Source: an uncultured Gemmatimonadales bacterium (GTDB lineage: Bacteria; Gemmatimonadota; Gemmatimonadetes; Gemmatimonadales; GWC2-71-9). From it: a stretch of 64,000 nt of DNA. Positions 25,551-35,225 of the stretch are shown piece by piece. The position numbers and the translations under genes were made by a program. Numbering within the stretch: position 1 is the stretch's first letter; every line of letters begins with the position of its first letter. The DNA lies in NCBI GenBank assembly GCA_963771275.1, contig CAVYSW010000010.1, positions 67,244 through 131,243 of the forward strand, read 5' to 3'. Under the pieces are notes generated by a model. The model searched no databases and was not told where the DNA came from. It saw only the letters and a list, made by a program, of their open reading frames with translations.

Positions 25551-26932
25551 GTTCTACCCTCCGCTCCTGCCGCTCCCGCCGCCCCTGCCGCCGCTTCAAC
25601 CTGCGCGCGCGCCACCGCGGCCGCGACTGGCGCCAGCTCGTCGTCGGCCAGCGTGCGAACGTCGAGCAGCACGGATCCGTCGCCCGCCCGCGCGATGACC
25701 GGCGGCTCCTGCCGCCGCAGAGCCGCGAGCAAAGTATCGGCGGATGGCGCCGGGATCGCCACCAGCGTCGTAGGAAGCCGGGCGTGCGGGAACGCGCCCC
25801 CCCCCACGGCCGACTCGCCCTGGACGGTGGTCGCCCCCGGGATTCGCCGCGCGAGGCGACGCGCCCGGCGCTTGAGCTCCGCCGGGTCCCGCGTGAGCAT
25901 CTGCAGCACCGGGATCTCGCGCCGCGCCGTCGCCGGGTCCCGATAGAGCGCCAGCGTCGCTTCGAGCGCCGCGAACGTCACCTTGTCGGGGCGCAACGCC
26001 CGCGCCAGCGGGTCCCGCGCCAGCCGCTCCACCAGGACGTGCGGCCCGACGATGATCCCCGCCTGCGGCCCGCCCAGCAGCTTGTCGCCGGAGAACACCA
26101 CGAGCGCCCCCGCGGCGACGCTGTCCCGGACCCGCGGCTCCCCGTCGAGACCCCAGGGGGCGAGGTCCAGCAGCAGCCCGCTCCCCACGTCATGCACCAC
26201 CGGCAGGCCGCGCGGCGCCAGCGCCGTGACGAGCTCGCCGACCGCCACCTCGGCCACGAAGCCGGTGAGCGTGAAGTTCGAGCGGTGGACCTTGAGCGCG
26301 CAGCGCGTGCGCTCGCCCAGCGCCTCCACGTAGTCGGCCAGCCGGGTGCGGTTCGTCGTGCCGACCTCCACCAGCGTGCTGCCGCTCTTGGCGAGGATCT
26401 CCGGGATCCGGAACCCGCCGCCGATCTCCACCAGCTCGCCGCGCGAGACGATCGTCTCGCCCCCCGCGCCCAGCGCCGTCAGCGCGAGCAGCACGGCCGC
26501 CGCCGCGTTATTGACGACGAGCGCGTCCTCGGCGCCCGTGAGCTCCGTCAGGAGCCGGCGGGCATGATCCTGCCGCGAGCCGCGCCCACCGTCCGCGAGC
26601 GCGAACTCGAGCGTGCTGTAGCCCAACGCCTGCTCCACCGCCCGCAGCGCCGCCGGCGCGAGCGGCGCCCGGCCGAGGTTGGTATGGAGCACCACGCCAG
26701 TCGCGTTGAGCACGCGGGCCAATGACGGACGCTCGCGCGTGGTCAGGTGGTGGCGGACCGCGGCGACCCACCCCTCGGCCGGCGGGGCGCCGCCCCCGGC
26801 CCGTGCCGCGTCCAGCGCCGCCCGCACGGCGCCCGCGAGCGCCACGCGCGGCACGCCGGCGCCGAGGCCCGCCCGCTCGGCGTCGGCGAGCAGGACATGG
26901 ACGGCCGGCAGACGGCGACGTGCATCGGTCAC
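25547..26932 (-). CDS. selA: L-seryl-tRNA(Sec) selenium transferase
   Basis: GTG 26932 overlaps the upstream stop (GTGA). The 461 aa include VLNATGVVLHTNLGRAPL, VVNNAAAAVLLAL, IVSRGELVEIGGGFRIPEI and KVHRSNF (the PLP lysine region). Confidence 0.9.
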   Translation of the reverse strand: MTDARRRLPAVHVLLADAERAGLGAGVPRVALAGAVRAALDAARAGGGAPPAEGWVAAVRHHLTTRERPSLARVLNATGVVLHTNLGRAPLAPAALRAVEQALGYSTLEFALADGGRGSRQDHARRLLTELTGAEDALVVNNAAAAVLLALTALGAGGETIVSRGELVEIGGGFRIPEILAKSGSTLVEVGTTNRTRLADYVEALGERTRCALKVHRSNFTLTGFVAEVAVGELVTALAPRGLPVVHDVGSGLLLDLAPWGLDGEPRVRDSVAAGALVVFSGDKLLGGPQAGIIVGPHVLVERLARDPLARALRPDKVTFAALEATLALYRDPATARREIPVLQMLTRDPAELKRRARRLARRIPGATTVQGESAVGGGAFPHARLPTTLVAIPAPSADTLLAALRRQEPPVIARAGDGSVLLDVRTLADDELAPVAAAVARAQVEAAAGAAGAAGAEGRT

Positions 26933-28158
26933 GGCGGTCGGGGGGCCGCGGGCGTCGAGTCCGGGACCGCCAGCACGGCGCGCGTGGTGACGGTGGCGCC
27001 GTTCACGTTGGCAGCCCGCGCCTCGAACAGGTAGCGCCCACCCGGAACGAACGGCGCGGCGAGGCGCACGATCCACACGTCGATCAGGGCCGGCCGCTGC
27101 TTGAGCAGCTGTGCGCCGCGTCCCGTATCCGCCGCCGCCGGCTTGGGCTCGGCTTGCCCGAACGCGCGCCGCGGCGCGACGACGCCCCGCGGCGGGCGGG
27201 CCGTCGTGTCGCGTGGCGCGCCGCTCGTGTCGCGCGGCGTCTCCGCCGCGCGCACCGAGTCGTAGGTGGTCAGCGTCCAGACCGCCGCGATGGCGACGGG
27301 CGTCGAGTCGGGCAGCAGCCGCGCCGTGACCGCGTCCGCCGCGGGGTTGCCGGGGCGCAGCTTCTGGCTGAATTCCAGCCGTGCCGAGATGCTGTCCTGG
27401 CGCGACACGGTCTTGATCGACGGTCCCACCGTGTCGTGGACGAACGCCCACAGATCGAGGAGCGCCGTCGAGTCGGCGGCGGCCGTCGTGTCCACCCGCA
27501 GCGGCACGGAGTCGAACGCCTCACGCCGGTCGCGCTGGTGGTTGTTGTTGTCGTCGATGGTCGCGATCAGCGCGTACGCGCCCGCCGGCAGGGCGCGCAG
27601 CACGAAGTCGCCGGCCGAATCCGCCTTCGTGTAGTAGACCGCCGAGTCCGGCCCGATGGCCTCGACCAGCGCGCCGACCCCGACCCGCCCCGCCGCCCAG
27701 TTGATCACCGTGCCGGCCACCCGCGTGCTGGGAATCGGGATGCCGGTCGAGAAGATCAGCTCGCCGCCGGTGCGCATCTGGTTGTTGCGGAGATCCTGGA
27801 TGCCGGGGAGCAGGGTGACGCGGTACACCGCGTTCGGCCGCCAGCCCCCCGCGGGCCGGACCTCGATGCGGGTCCGCTTCCATGCGGTGGTCACACGCGC
27901 GGGGCGCGGCGAGATGAGAAACAGGTCCTCGAGCCGCCCGGCGGAGCGCTCGTTGATCACTTCGTCGAACGTGAACACGGCGGGACTGCGGTACCCGGGC
28001 AACACGGCGCCCGAGTCCGGCCGGACGGCGACCAACGCCGGCGGCGTGAAGTCGGGAGGACCGCCCGGCGGCTCCTGGGCCGCCGCGCACGCCGCGGCGA
28101 GGACTAGCAGCCCAAGACGCGGAGCTTGTCGGCGAGCGTTGCGCGTTGCTCCCGCCAC
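26929..28158 (-). CDS. lipoprotein with Ig-like (SbsA_Ig/Big-type) and carboxypeptidase-regulatory-like beta-sandwich domains
   Basis: GTG 28158 is preceded by AAAGGAG. It has a lipobox (LLVLAAAC) and PPALVAVRPDSGAVLPGYRSPAVFTFDEVI. The proposed start overlaps the valS 3' end by 55 nt, so the start is uncertain. Confidence 0.55.
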   Translation of the reverse strand: MAGATRNARRQAPRLGLLVLAAACAAAQEPPGGPPDFTPPALVAVRPDSGAVLPGYRSPAVFTFDEVINERSAGRLEDLFLISPRPARVTTAWKRTRIEVRPAGGWRPNAVYRVTLLPGIQDLRNNQMRTGGELIFSTGIPIPSTRVAGTVINWAAGRVGVGALVEAIGPDSAVYYTKADSAGDFVLRALPAGAYALIATIDDNNNHQRDRREAFDSVPLRVDTTAAADSTALLDLWAFVHDTVGPSIKTVSRQDSISARLEFSQKLRPGNPAADAVTARLLPDSTPVAIAAVWTLTTYDSVRAAETPRDTSGAPRDTTARPPRGVVAPRRAFGQAEPKPAAADTGRGAQLLKQRPALIDVWIVRLAAPFVPGGRYLFEARAANVNGATVTTRAVLAVPDSTPAAPRPP

Positions 28159-30827
28159 GTCCTCTCCTTTATTCGTTCCCGCTCCACGACGTCCGCCGGG
28201 GCCCGACGCACGAACCGCTCGTCGCGCAGGCGGCCGGTGACGCCGGCGAGAAGGCCGTCCACACGATCGCACTCCTGGCGCAGCCGCCCGCATTCCCTGG
28301 CGACGTCGATCGCGTCGCCGAGCGGGACGAACACCGCCGACCCGTCGGGCAGCACCGCGTGCGCGCCGACTCCCGCGTCCGGGACCGCGCGGCCGAGCGC
28401 CGAGATCTTGGCCAGCCGCTCGATCGTCCGCTCCTCGGCGTTGAACGCCTCGGTGGCGTCGAGCGTGGCGGGCGCCACGAAGGTCCGCACCGTCTGGCCC
28501 GGCGCCACGCCGTACTCGGCACGGATGTTCCGCACGGCGCTGACCAGCGCCTGCACGCTGCCGAACCGGGCCTCCGCTTCGGCATCGAGCCACGCCGCGT
28601 CGGGGTCCGGCCACCGCGCGCCGGCCAGCAGCGGCTCGCGCGCCCCGGGCAGGTGGGACCACAGCTCCTCGCTCAGGAACGGCATCACGGGGTGCAGCAG
28701 CCGCAGCACGATCTCGAACACGTAGGCGAGGATCGCCCGGGCCACGTCGCCGCCCGCCGTATCGCCGTACAGCCGCGGCTTGACCTGTTCCACATACCAG
28801 TCCGCCAGATCGTCCCAGACAAAGTGGTAGATGCCGGTCGCGGCGTCACTCAGGCGGAAGTCGCCCAGCATCGCGGTCGTCTCGGCCACGGCGCGCTGGC
28901 AGCGCGACAGGATCCACCGGTCCGCCAACTCGAGCCGCGCCGGATCGACGTCGCCGAGCCGCGGCGTCGCGTCGTCGAGGCTCGCGAGGATGAAGCGGCC
29001 GATGTTCCACACCTTGTTGGCGAAGTTGCGCCCGGCCGCGAAGCTCGTCTCGAGGTCGCTCGGGTCGAGCATCACGTCACTGCCGACCGCCGAGCCCGCC
29101 AGCACCGTGTAGCGCAGCGCGTCCGCGCCGAACCGCCGCACCACCTCCAGCGGATCGATGCCATTCCCCAGCGACTTGGACATCTTGCGATGCTGTGTGT
29201 CGCGCACGACGCCGTGCAAAAACACCGTGTCGAACGGCCGCTCGCCGAGGAAATGGTAGCCCGCCATCACCATCCGGGAGACCCAGAAGAAGATGATGTC
29301 CGGTGCCGTGACCAGGGTGTGGCCGGGGTAGAACCGGGCGAGATCGGCGGTGCGCTCCGGCCAGCCGAGCGTCGCGAACGGCCAGAGCCATGACGAGAAC
29401 CACGTGTCGAGCACGTCCTCGTCCTGGCGGACCGGGCCGCCACAGCGACCGCACGCCGTCACGTCGGTCTCCGCGACCGTGATGTGGTCGCAGCCCTCGC
29501 GCGTGCAGTACCACGCCGGGATGCGATGGCCCCACCACAGCTGCCGCGAGATGTTCCAGTCCCGGAGCTCCACGAGCCAGCGCTCGTAGACCGGGCCCCA
29601 GCGCTCGGGCACGAACCTGAGCCCGCCGGCGCGATACGCCTCGAGGGCCGGCGCCGCGAGCGGCTGCATCCGCACGAACCACTGGTCGGAGAGGCGCGGC
29701 TCGACGACGGTCTGGCAGCGGTAGCAGTGGCGGACCGCGTGCCGGTGCGGTTCGACCTTGACCAGCTGGCCGTTGGCCGCGAGCAGCGCCACGATCCGGT
29801 CCCGGGCCGCGAACCGGTCCACCCCCTGCAGTGCCACGGGCACCCGCTCGACGCCGGCCATGCGGCCGTCGGGCTCCATGATGACGGGCATCGCGCCGTC
29901 GGGATCCAGGGCGCGGGCGATCTCGAAGTCGTTTGCGTCGTGCGCCGGCGTGATCTTGAGCATGCCCGTGCCGAACTCGCGCTCGACCGCCGAGTGGGTC
30001 CCGATCGGAATGCGAGTGGTGGTCAGCGGAATCTCGACCGATCGCCCGGCGAGCCCCGCGAAGCGGTCGTCGTCCGGGTGGTGCACCACCGCGATGTCGC
30101 CGAACATCGTCTCGGGGCGGGTGGTCGCGACCACCACTCCCTCCTCTGCCGCTCCTGCCGCTCCCGCCGCCTCTGCCGCCCCAGCGGCAGCAGGGGCGGG
30201 GATGAGGTCGTACCGGATGTAGTACAGCTTCCCGTCCGTGTCCGCGAACTCCGCCTCCTCGTCGGACAGCGACGTGTGGCAGCGCGGGCACCAGTGGATC
30301 ACGCGGTGGCCGCGGTAGATCAACCCGTCGCGATGCAGCGCGACGAATACCAGGCGCACCGCCGCCGAGTACTGGTCGTCGAGCGTGAACCGGGTGCGCG
30401 TCCAGTCGCACGACGCGCCCAGCGCCTTGAGCTGCTCGAGAATCGTGCCGCCCGTTTCCCGGACGTACTGCCACGTGCGCTCGACGAACGCGTCGCGGCC
30501 GAGCGCGTGCCGGTCGGTGCCCTCCCGGGCGATCAACCGCTCGACCACGTTCTGGGTCGCGATCCCGGCGTGGTCGGTCCCCGGCAGCCACAGGGTCCGG
30601 CGTCCGCGCATCCGGTGGAACCGGATCAGCGCGTCCTGGATCGTGTTGTTGAGCCCGTGGCCCATGTGCAGCCGGTCGGTGACGTTGGGCGGCGGGATCA
30701 CGATGACGTACGGCGTCCCGGGCGCGCCCTCGGCGGGCGCGAACACGCCGGCCTCGATCCAGCGGCGGTAGATCGCGGCCTCGATGGCGCTCGGGTCGAA
30801 TTGCGGAGCGAGTTGTCGGCTGCGCAT
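28104..30827 (-). CDS. valS: valyl-tRNA synthetase
   Basis: 907 aa. It has the PPPNVTDRLHMGHG (HIGH) and KMSKSLGN motifs, the editing-domain blocks and a C-terminal coiled coil. It also contains an Ala/Gly-rich insertion, PAPAAAGAAEAAGAAGAAEEG. Confidence 0.95.
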   Translation of the reverse strand: MRSRQLAPQFDPSAIEAAIYRRWIEAGVFAPAEGAPGTPYVIVIPPPNVTDRLHMGHGLNNTIQDALIRFHRMRGRRTLWLPGTDHAGIATQNVVERLIAREGTDRHALGRDAFVERTWQYVRETGGTILEQLKALGASCDWTRTRFTLDDQYSAAVRLVFVALHRDGLIYRGHRVIHWCPRCHTSLSDEEAEFADTDGKLYYIRYDLIPAPAAAGAAEAAGAAGAAEEGVVVATTRPETMFGDIAVVHHPDDDRFAGLAGRSVEIPLTTTRIPIGTHSAVEREFGTGMLKITPAHDANDFEIARALDPDGAMPVIMEPDGRMAGVERVPVALQGVDRFAARDRIVALLAANGQLVKVEPHRHAVRHCYRCQTVVEPRLSDQWFVRMQPLAAPALEAYRAGGLRFVPERWGPVYERWLVELRDWNISRQLWWGHRIPAWYCTREGCDHITVAETDVTACGRCGGPVRQDEDVLDTWFSSWLWPFATLGWPERTADLARFYPGHTLVTAPDIIFFWVSRMVMAGYHFLGERPFDTVFLHGVVRDTQHRKMSKSLGNGIDPLEVVRRFGADALRYTVLAGSAVGSDVMLDPSDLETSFAAGRNFANKVWNIGRFILASLDDATPRLGDVDPARLELADRWILSRCQRAVAETTAMLGDFRLSDAATGIYHFVWDDLADWYVEQVKPRLYGDTAGGDVARAILAYVFEIVLRLLHPVMPFLSEELWSHLPGAREPLLAGARWPDPDAAWLDAEAEARFGSVQALVSAVRNIRAEYGVAPGQTVRTFVAPATLDATEAFNAEERTIERLAKISALGRAVPDAGVGAHAVLPDGSAVFVPLGDAIDVARECGRLRQECDRVDGLLAGVTGRLRDERFVRRAPADVVERERIKERTWREQRATLADKLRVLGC

Positions 30828-30855
30828 CGGGTCGGACTCCGGGGCCGGCGGGGTG

Positions 30856-31287
30856 CTACCCGCGGGCGGGTCCGGGCGGGACCGGGGTCCGGGGGAAGTC
30901 CGTGCCGCGGAGGAGGATGCGGTTCACCACCACGTCCGCCCCCGGGACGGCGCGGGCGATGTCGGCGGCGGCGCGGCGGACCAGCGCATCGGACGCCACG
31001 CCCGTGAGCTCGATCAGCCCCGGCCCGACCGCGTGCACCTCGAGATCGAGGTCGCGGGTCGCTTCGTCGTCGCGCAGTGCCGCGCGCACCGCGCGTTCGA
31101 GCTTCTCCGGCCTGGCGGACCGGTCGTGATTGCCCCGCAGGCGGCTCAGGGCGTCGCGCACGCGGTCGGCGTGCAGCGGCCCCACCGACCCGCCGAGCAG
31201 CATGCCGCCAAGCACCCCGAGCGCGAAGCCCACGGTCCCCATGAGGGCCAGGCTCAGGGCGCCCGGCCGCTCGTCACGCTGCGTCAC
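30856..31287 (-). CDS. membrane-anchored BON-domain protein
   Basis: 143 aa with one N-terminal TM helix. The segment LDLEVHAVGPGLIELTGVASDALVRRAAADIARAVPGADVVVNRI fits the BON domain pattern. Confidence 0.65.
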   Translation of the reverse strand: MTQRDERPGALSLALMGTVGFALGVLGGMLLGGSVGPLHADRVRDALSRLRGNHDRSARPEKLERAVRAALRDDEATRDLDLEVHAVGPGLIELTGVASDALVRRAAADIARAVPGADVVVNRILLRGTDFPRTPVPPGPARG

Positions 31288-31405
31288 GCATTCTCCTGTG
31301 GCATCCCCACTCGGGGGTGACTACAATTCCAGATCGTCGCGTCCAGAAGGATCGCCAAACACCCAGGCTAAAGCAACGGACGCGCATGGGATACGCTGAG
31401 GTGGA

Positions 31406-33361
31406 ATGCTGGTGGATATTCGGATCACACTGCCCGATGGAACGGAGCGCGCGGCGCCGAGTGGCACGACCGCGCGGGCGATCGCGGAACGGATCGGGCC
31501 GCGGCTCGCGCAGGCGGCGCTCGCCGCCCGGGTGAACGACGCGATCTGGGATCTCGATCGTCCCCTGCGCGCGGACGCCCGGGTGGAGATCATCACCGAG
31601 CAGGACCCGGCGGCGCTCGAGGTGCTGCGCCATTCGGCCGCGCACGTGCTCGCGACGGCCGTCCGCCAGCTGTTCCCGGAGGCGAAGATCGGCTTCGGGC
31701 CGGCGATCGAGGACGGCTTCTACTACGACTTCGAGGTGCCGCGGCCGTTCACGCCGGACGACCTCACGGCGATCGAGGCGCGGATGCGTGAAGTGGCCGC
31801 GGCCGACCACACGTTCGTCCGGGAAGAGGTGGACCGCGCCGAGGCCGGCCGCCGGTTCCGCGACGATCCGCTGAAGCTCGAGCGGCTGGCGGAGCTGGGC
31901 GACGACGAAGTCATCACCATCTACAGCGACGGCCCGTTCACCGACCTGTGCCGCGGGCCACACCTGCCGAGCACCGGCCGGCTGAAGCACTTCCACCTGC
32001 TGCACGCCGCCGGTGCCTACTGGCGCGGGGATTCCCGCCGGCAGATGCTGCAGCGCATCTACGGCACCGCGTGGCTCACCAAAGCCGATCTCGACGCCTA
32101 CCTGCACCGCCTCGCGGAAGCGGAGAAGCGCGATCATCGCGTCCTGGGACGCCAGCTCGACCTGTTCAGCATCCAGGAGGAGGTCGGCCCGGGGCTCGTC
32201 CTGTGGCACCCGCGCGGGGCGATGATCCAGTTCGAGCTCAGGCGCTTCATCGAGGACGAGGTGCTGCGGCGCGGCTACCGGCTGGTCTACACGCCGCACG
32301 TCACGCGGGAAGACCTGTTCATCCGGTCGGGGCACCTGCCGCTGTACGCCCACAACCAGTTCCCGGCAATGGCGGCGGGCGAGGGCGAAGCGGAGCACGT
32401 GCGCTACCGCACCAAGCCGATGAACTGCCCGATGCACACGCTGATCTACGCGGCCCAGCAGCGGTCGTACCGCGACCTGCCGCTGCGCCTGGCCGAAGTG
32501 GCCAACGTGTACCGCAACGAGCTGTCCGGCACGCTGCATGGGCTGCTGCGCGTGCGGGGGCTCACGATGGACGACGCGCACATCTTCTGCCGCGAAGACC
32601 AGATCGAGGACGAGATCTACGACTTGCTCGACCTCACGGATCTCGTGCTCCACCGGACGTTCGGCTTCGAGTACCGGCTCGATCTCGCGACCCGGCCCGC
32701 CAAGAAGATCGGTGACGACGCGGCGTGGGACGTGGCCGAGGCGGCCCTGCGGGGGGCGCTGGACCGGCGGGGCCTGCGCTACGGGATCGATGTGGGGGGC
32801 GGCGCGTTCTACGGGCCCAAGATCGACATCAAGCTCAAGGACGCGATCGGGCGCGAGTGGCAGGGCGCCACGATCCAGCTCGACTACCAGATGCCGGAGC
32901 GGTTCCAGCTCGAGTACACCGGGGCCGACAACCGGCCCCATCGTCCGGTGATGATCCACCGCGCGATCTTCGGGACGCTGGAGCGGTTCGTCGGCTGCCT
33001 GATCGAGCACTTCGCCGGCGCGTTCCCGCTGTGGCTGGCGCCGGAGCAGGTGCGCGTCCTGCCGATCACCGACGTGCAGAACGAGGCCGCCCGCGCCGTC
33101 CACCGGCGGCTGCGCGCCGCCGGCGTGCGCGCCGAGATCGACGACCGGAACGACACGCTGAACTACCGGATCCGCGACGCGGAGCTGCTCAAGGTCCCCT
33201 ACATGGCGGTGATCGGGCAGCGCGAGGTGGAGCAGGGGACCGTCGCCGTGCGCGTCCGGGGAGCGGGCAAGAAGCAGGACATCGTCGCCGTCGACGCGTT
33301 CCTCGCGCGCCTGACCGACGAGATCCACCGGCGCGCGCTCACGCTTGGCACATCCGCTTGA
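31406..33361 (+). CDS. thrS: threonyl-tRNA synthetase
   Basis: 651 aa with a TGS N-terminus (IRITLPDGTER), an editing domain (HSAAHVLA) and class II motifs (FRNELSGTLHGLLRVRGLTMDDAHIF). This is canonical ThrRS. Confidence 0.95.
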   Translation: MLVDIRITLPDGTERAAPSGTTARAIAERIGPRLAQAALAARVNDAIWDLDRPLRADARVEIITEQDPAALEVLRHSAAHVLATAVRQLFPEAKIGFGPAIEDGFYYDFEVPRPFTPDDLTAIEARMREVAAADHTFVREEVDRAEAGRRFRDDPLKLERLAELGDDEVITIYSDGPFTDLCRGPHLPSTGRLKHFHLLHAAGAYWRGDSRRQMLQRIYGTAWLTKADLDAYLHRLAEAEKRDHRVLGRQLDLFSIQEEVGPGLVLWHPRGAMIQFELRRFIEDEVLRRGYRLVYTPHVTREDLFIRSGHLPLYAHNQFPAMAAGEGEAEHVRYRTKPMNCPMHTLIYAAQQRSYRDLPLRLAEVANVYRNELSGTLHGLLRVRGLTMDDAHIFCREDQIEDEIYDLLDLTDLVLHRTFGFEYRLDLATRPAKKIGDDAAWDVAEAALRGALDRRGLRYGIDVGGGAFYGPKIDIKLKDAIGREWQGATIQLDYQMPERFQLEYTGADNRPHRPVMIHRAIFGTLERFVGCLIEHFAGAFPLWLAPEQVRVLPITDVQNEAARAVHRRLRAAGVRAEIDDRNDTLNYRIRDAELLKVPYMAVIGQREVEQGTVAVRVRGAGKKQDIVAVDAFLARLTDEIHRRALTLGTSA

Positions 33362-33465
33362 GGGGATCCGCCCCGCGGCATAGCTTTCGGCACCACCATC
33401 CAGGCGATGCCGCGTGAGCGCGCCGCGGCCGCCACAGTCCCTCACCTGAGCGGCAGGATGCAGCT

Positions 33466-34653
33466 GTGACCGATACATCCCGCGTACCCGTCATCGTCAG
33501 CGCCACGCGTACTCCCATCGGCAAGTTCCTCGGCGGTCTCGCCCCACTCACCGCCCCGCGGCTCGGCGCCGTCGTCATCCGCGAGGCCGTGAAGCGGGCG
33601 GGCATCGAGCCCGGGGTCATCGACGAAGTCATCATGGGGCTCGTCGTCCAGGGCGGGGTCGGCCAGGCGCCGGCGCGCCAGGCCGCGATCTTCGCCGGCA
33701 TCCCGGGCACCGTCCCCGCCATGACGATCAACAAGGTCTGCGGGTCGGGCCTCAAGGCGGTGATGCTCGCGGCCCAGGCGATCAAGGCGGGCGACGCCCA
33801 ATGCGTCGTGGCCGGCGGCATGGAGTCCATGTCGAACGCGCCATTCTACCTGTTCGGCATCCGGGGCGGCGTGAAGTTCGGCAACCAGAACCTGGTGGAC
33901 GGCCTGGTCCACGACGGCCTGTGGTGCGCCTTCGGGAACTGCCACATGGGCAGCCACGCCGAGTACACGGCCGTGAAGGCGGGCATCACCCGCGAGGAGC
34001 AGGATCGCTTCGCCCTCGAGAGTCATCGCAAGGCCGTGGCCGCGATGGACGCCGGGAAGTTCACGGCGGAGATCGTGCCGGTGGAGATTCCGGGGAAGAC
34101 CGTCACCGTGGTGTCGGCCGACGAGTGCCCGCGCCGCGACTCGACGCCCGAGGGGCTCGCCAAGCTCAAGCCCGCCTTCCAGAAGGACGGGTCGGTCACG
34201 GCGGGCAATGCGCCCGGCCTGAACGACGGGGCGAGCGCGCTGGTGGTGACCTCCGAGGCGTTCGCCAAGGCGCACGGACTGAAGGTGCTGGCCCGCATCA
34301 CGGCGTACGCCGCCGGCGGCGGGGAGCCCAAGGACCTGTTCTTCGCGCCGATCGTGGCGGTCACCAACCTGATGAAGCAGGCGGGAACCAAGATCGGCGC
34401 CTACGACCTGATCGAGGCGAACGAAGCGTTCGCGGTGCAGGCGCTGGCCGACGGCCAGGCACTCGGCTGGGACTGGAGCCGGGTGAACGTCCATGGTGGC
34501 GCGGTGGCCCTTGGTCACCCGATCGGCGGGAGCGGCGCGCGGATCCTCACCACGCTGCTCTACGCGCTCGCCGATCGCGGCAAGAGCCGGGGCCTGGCGA
34601 CCCTGTGTCTCGGTGGCGGCAACGCGGTGGCCCTCAGCGTGGAGCGGGTGTGA
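33466..34653 (+). CDS. acetyl-CoA C-acetyltransferase (thiolase II)
   Basis: 395 aa. It contains TINKVCGSGLKAVMLAAQAI, NVHGGAVALGHPIGGSGARIL and CLGGGNAVAL. Confidence 0.95.
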   Translation: MTDTSRVPVIVSATRTPIGKFLGGLAPLTAPRLGAVVIREAVKRAGIEPGVIDEVIMGLVVQGGVGQAPARQAAIFAGIPGTVPAMTINKVCGSGLKAVMLAAQAIKAGDAQCVVAGGMESMSNAPFYLFGIRGGVKFGNQNLVDGLVHDGLWCAFGNCHMGSHAEYTAVKAGITREEQDRFALESHRKAVAAMDAGKFTAEIVPVEIPGKTVTVVSADECPRRDSTPEGLAKLKPAFQKDGSVTAGNAPGLNDGASALVVTSEAFAKAHGLKVLARITAYAAGGGEPKDLFFAPIVAVTNLMKQAGTKIGAYDLIEANEAFAVQALADGQALGWDWSRVNVHGGAVALGHPIGGSGARILTTLLYALADRGKSRGLATLCLGGGNAVALSVERV

Positions 34654-35225
34654 TGCGCGACGCTCGAACGATCGACGTGCGGTGGGTGGCATCCGGCGCG
34701 GCGCGCCGGACCCTCGCGCTGGTGGCGGGCACGCTGCTCGTGGCCCTCGGTGCGCAGGTGGCGGTGCCCGTTCCCGGGACGCCGGTCCCGATCACGCTGC
34801 AGGTGGGGGCCGTGCTGGTGGTGGGCGGCCTGCTGGGGCCCGCGCTCGGGGCGGGAAGCCTCGCCCTGTACCTGGTACTCGGCGCGGCGGGACTGCCGGT
34901 GTTCGCGCCTGCGGGCCTGCCCGGCTTCGCGCGGCTGTTCGGCCCCACGGGAGGATACCTCCTGGCGTTGCCGCTCGGCGCGGCCGTGGCGGGGATCGCC
35001 GCGCTGCCCCCCCGCCGCTGGGGCCGGCTCGTGGCCGGCCTCGCGCTCGCGGTGCTCCTGATCCACGCCGGCGGGGTCGCGCAGCTCGCGATGCTCGGCG
35101 GTGACCTGAGGATCGCGTGGCGGCTGGGCTCGCTGCCCTTTCTCGTGGGGGACCTCGCGAAGCTGATCGTCGCGGCGGTGGTGATCGGACGGCTGGGTCA
35201 GCCGGTCCGGCGCGCGCTCCTCTGA
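34653..35225 (+). CDS. bioY: biotin transporter BioY
   Basis: The ATG overlaps the thiolase stop (TGATG). The 190 aa include [19 protein letters not shown]…[14 protein letters not shown]…GDLAKLIV, the BioY signature. Confidence 0.8.
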   Translation: MRDARTIDVRWVASGAARRTLALVAGTLLVALGAQVAVPVPGTPVPITLQVGAVLVVGGLLGPALGAGSLALYLVLGAAGLPVFAPAGLPGFARLFGPTGGYLLALPLGAAVAGIAALPPRRWGRLVAGLALAVLLIHAGGVAQLAMLGGDLRIAWRLGSLPFLVGDLAKLIVAAVVIGRLGQPVRRALL

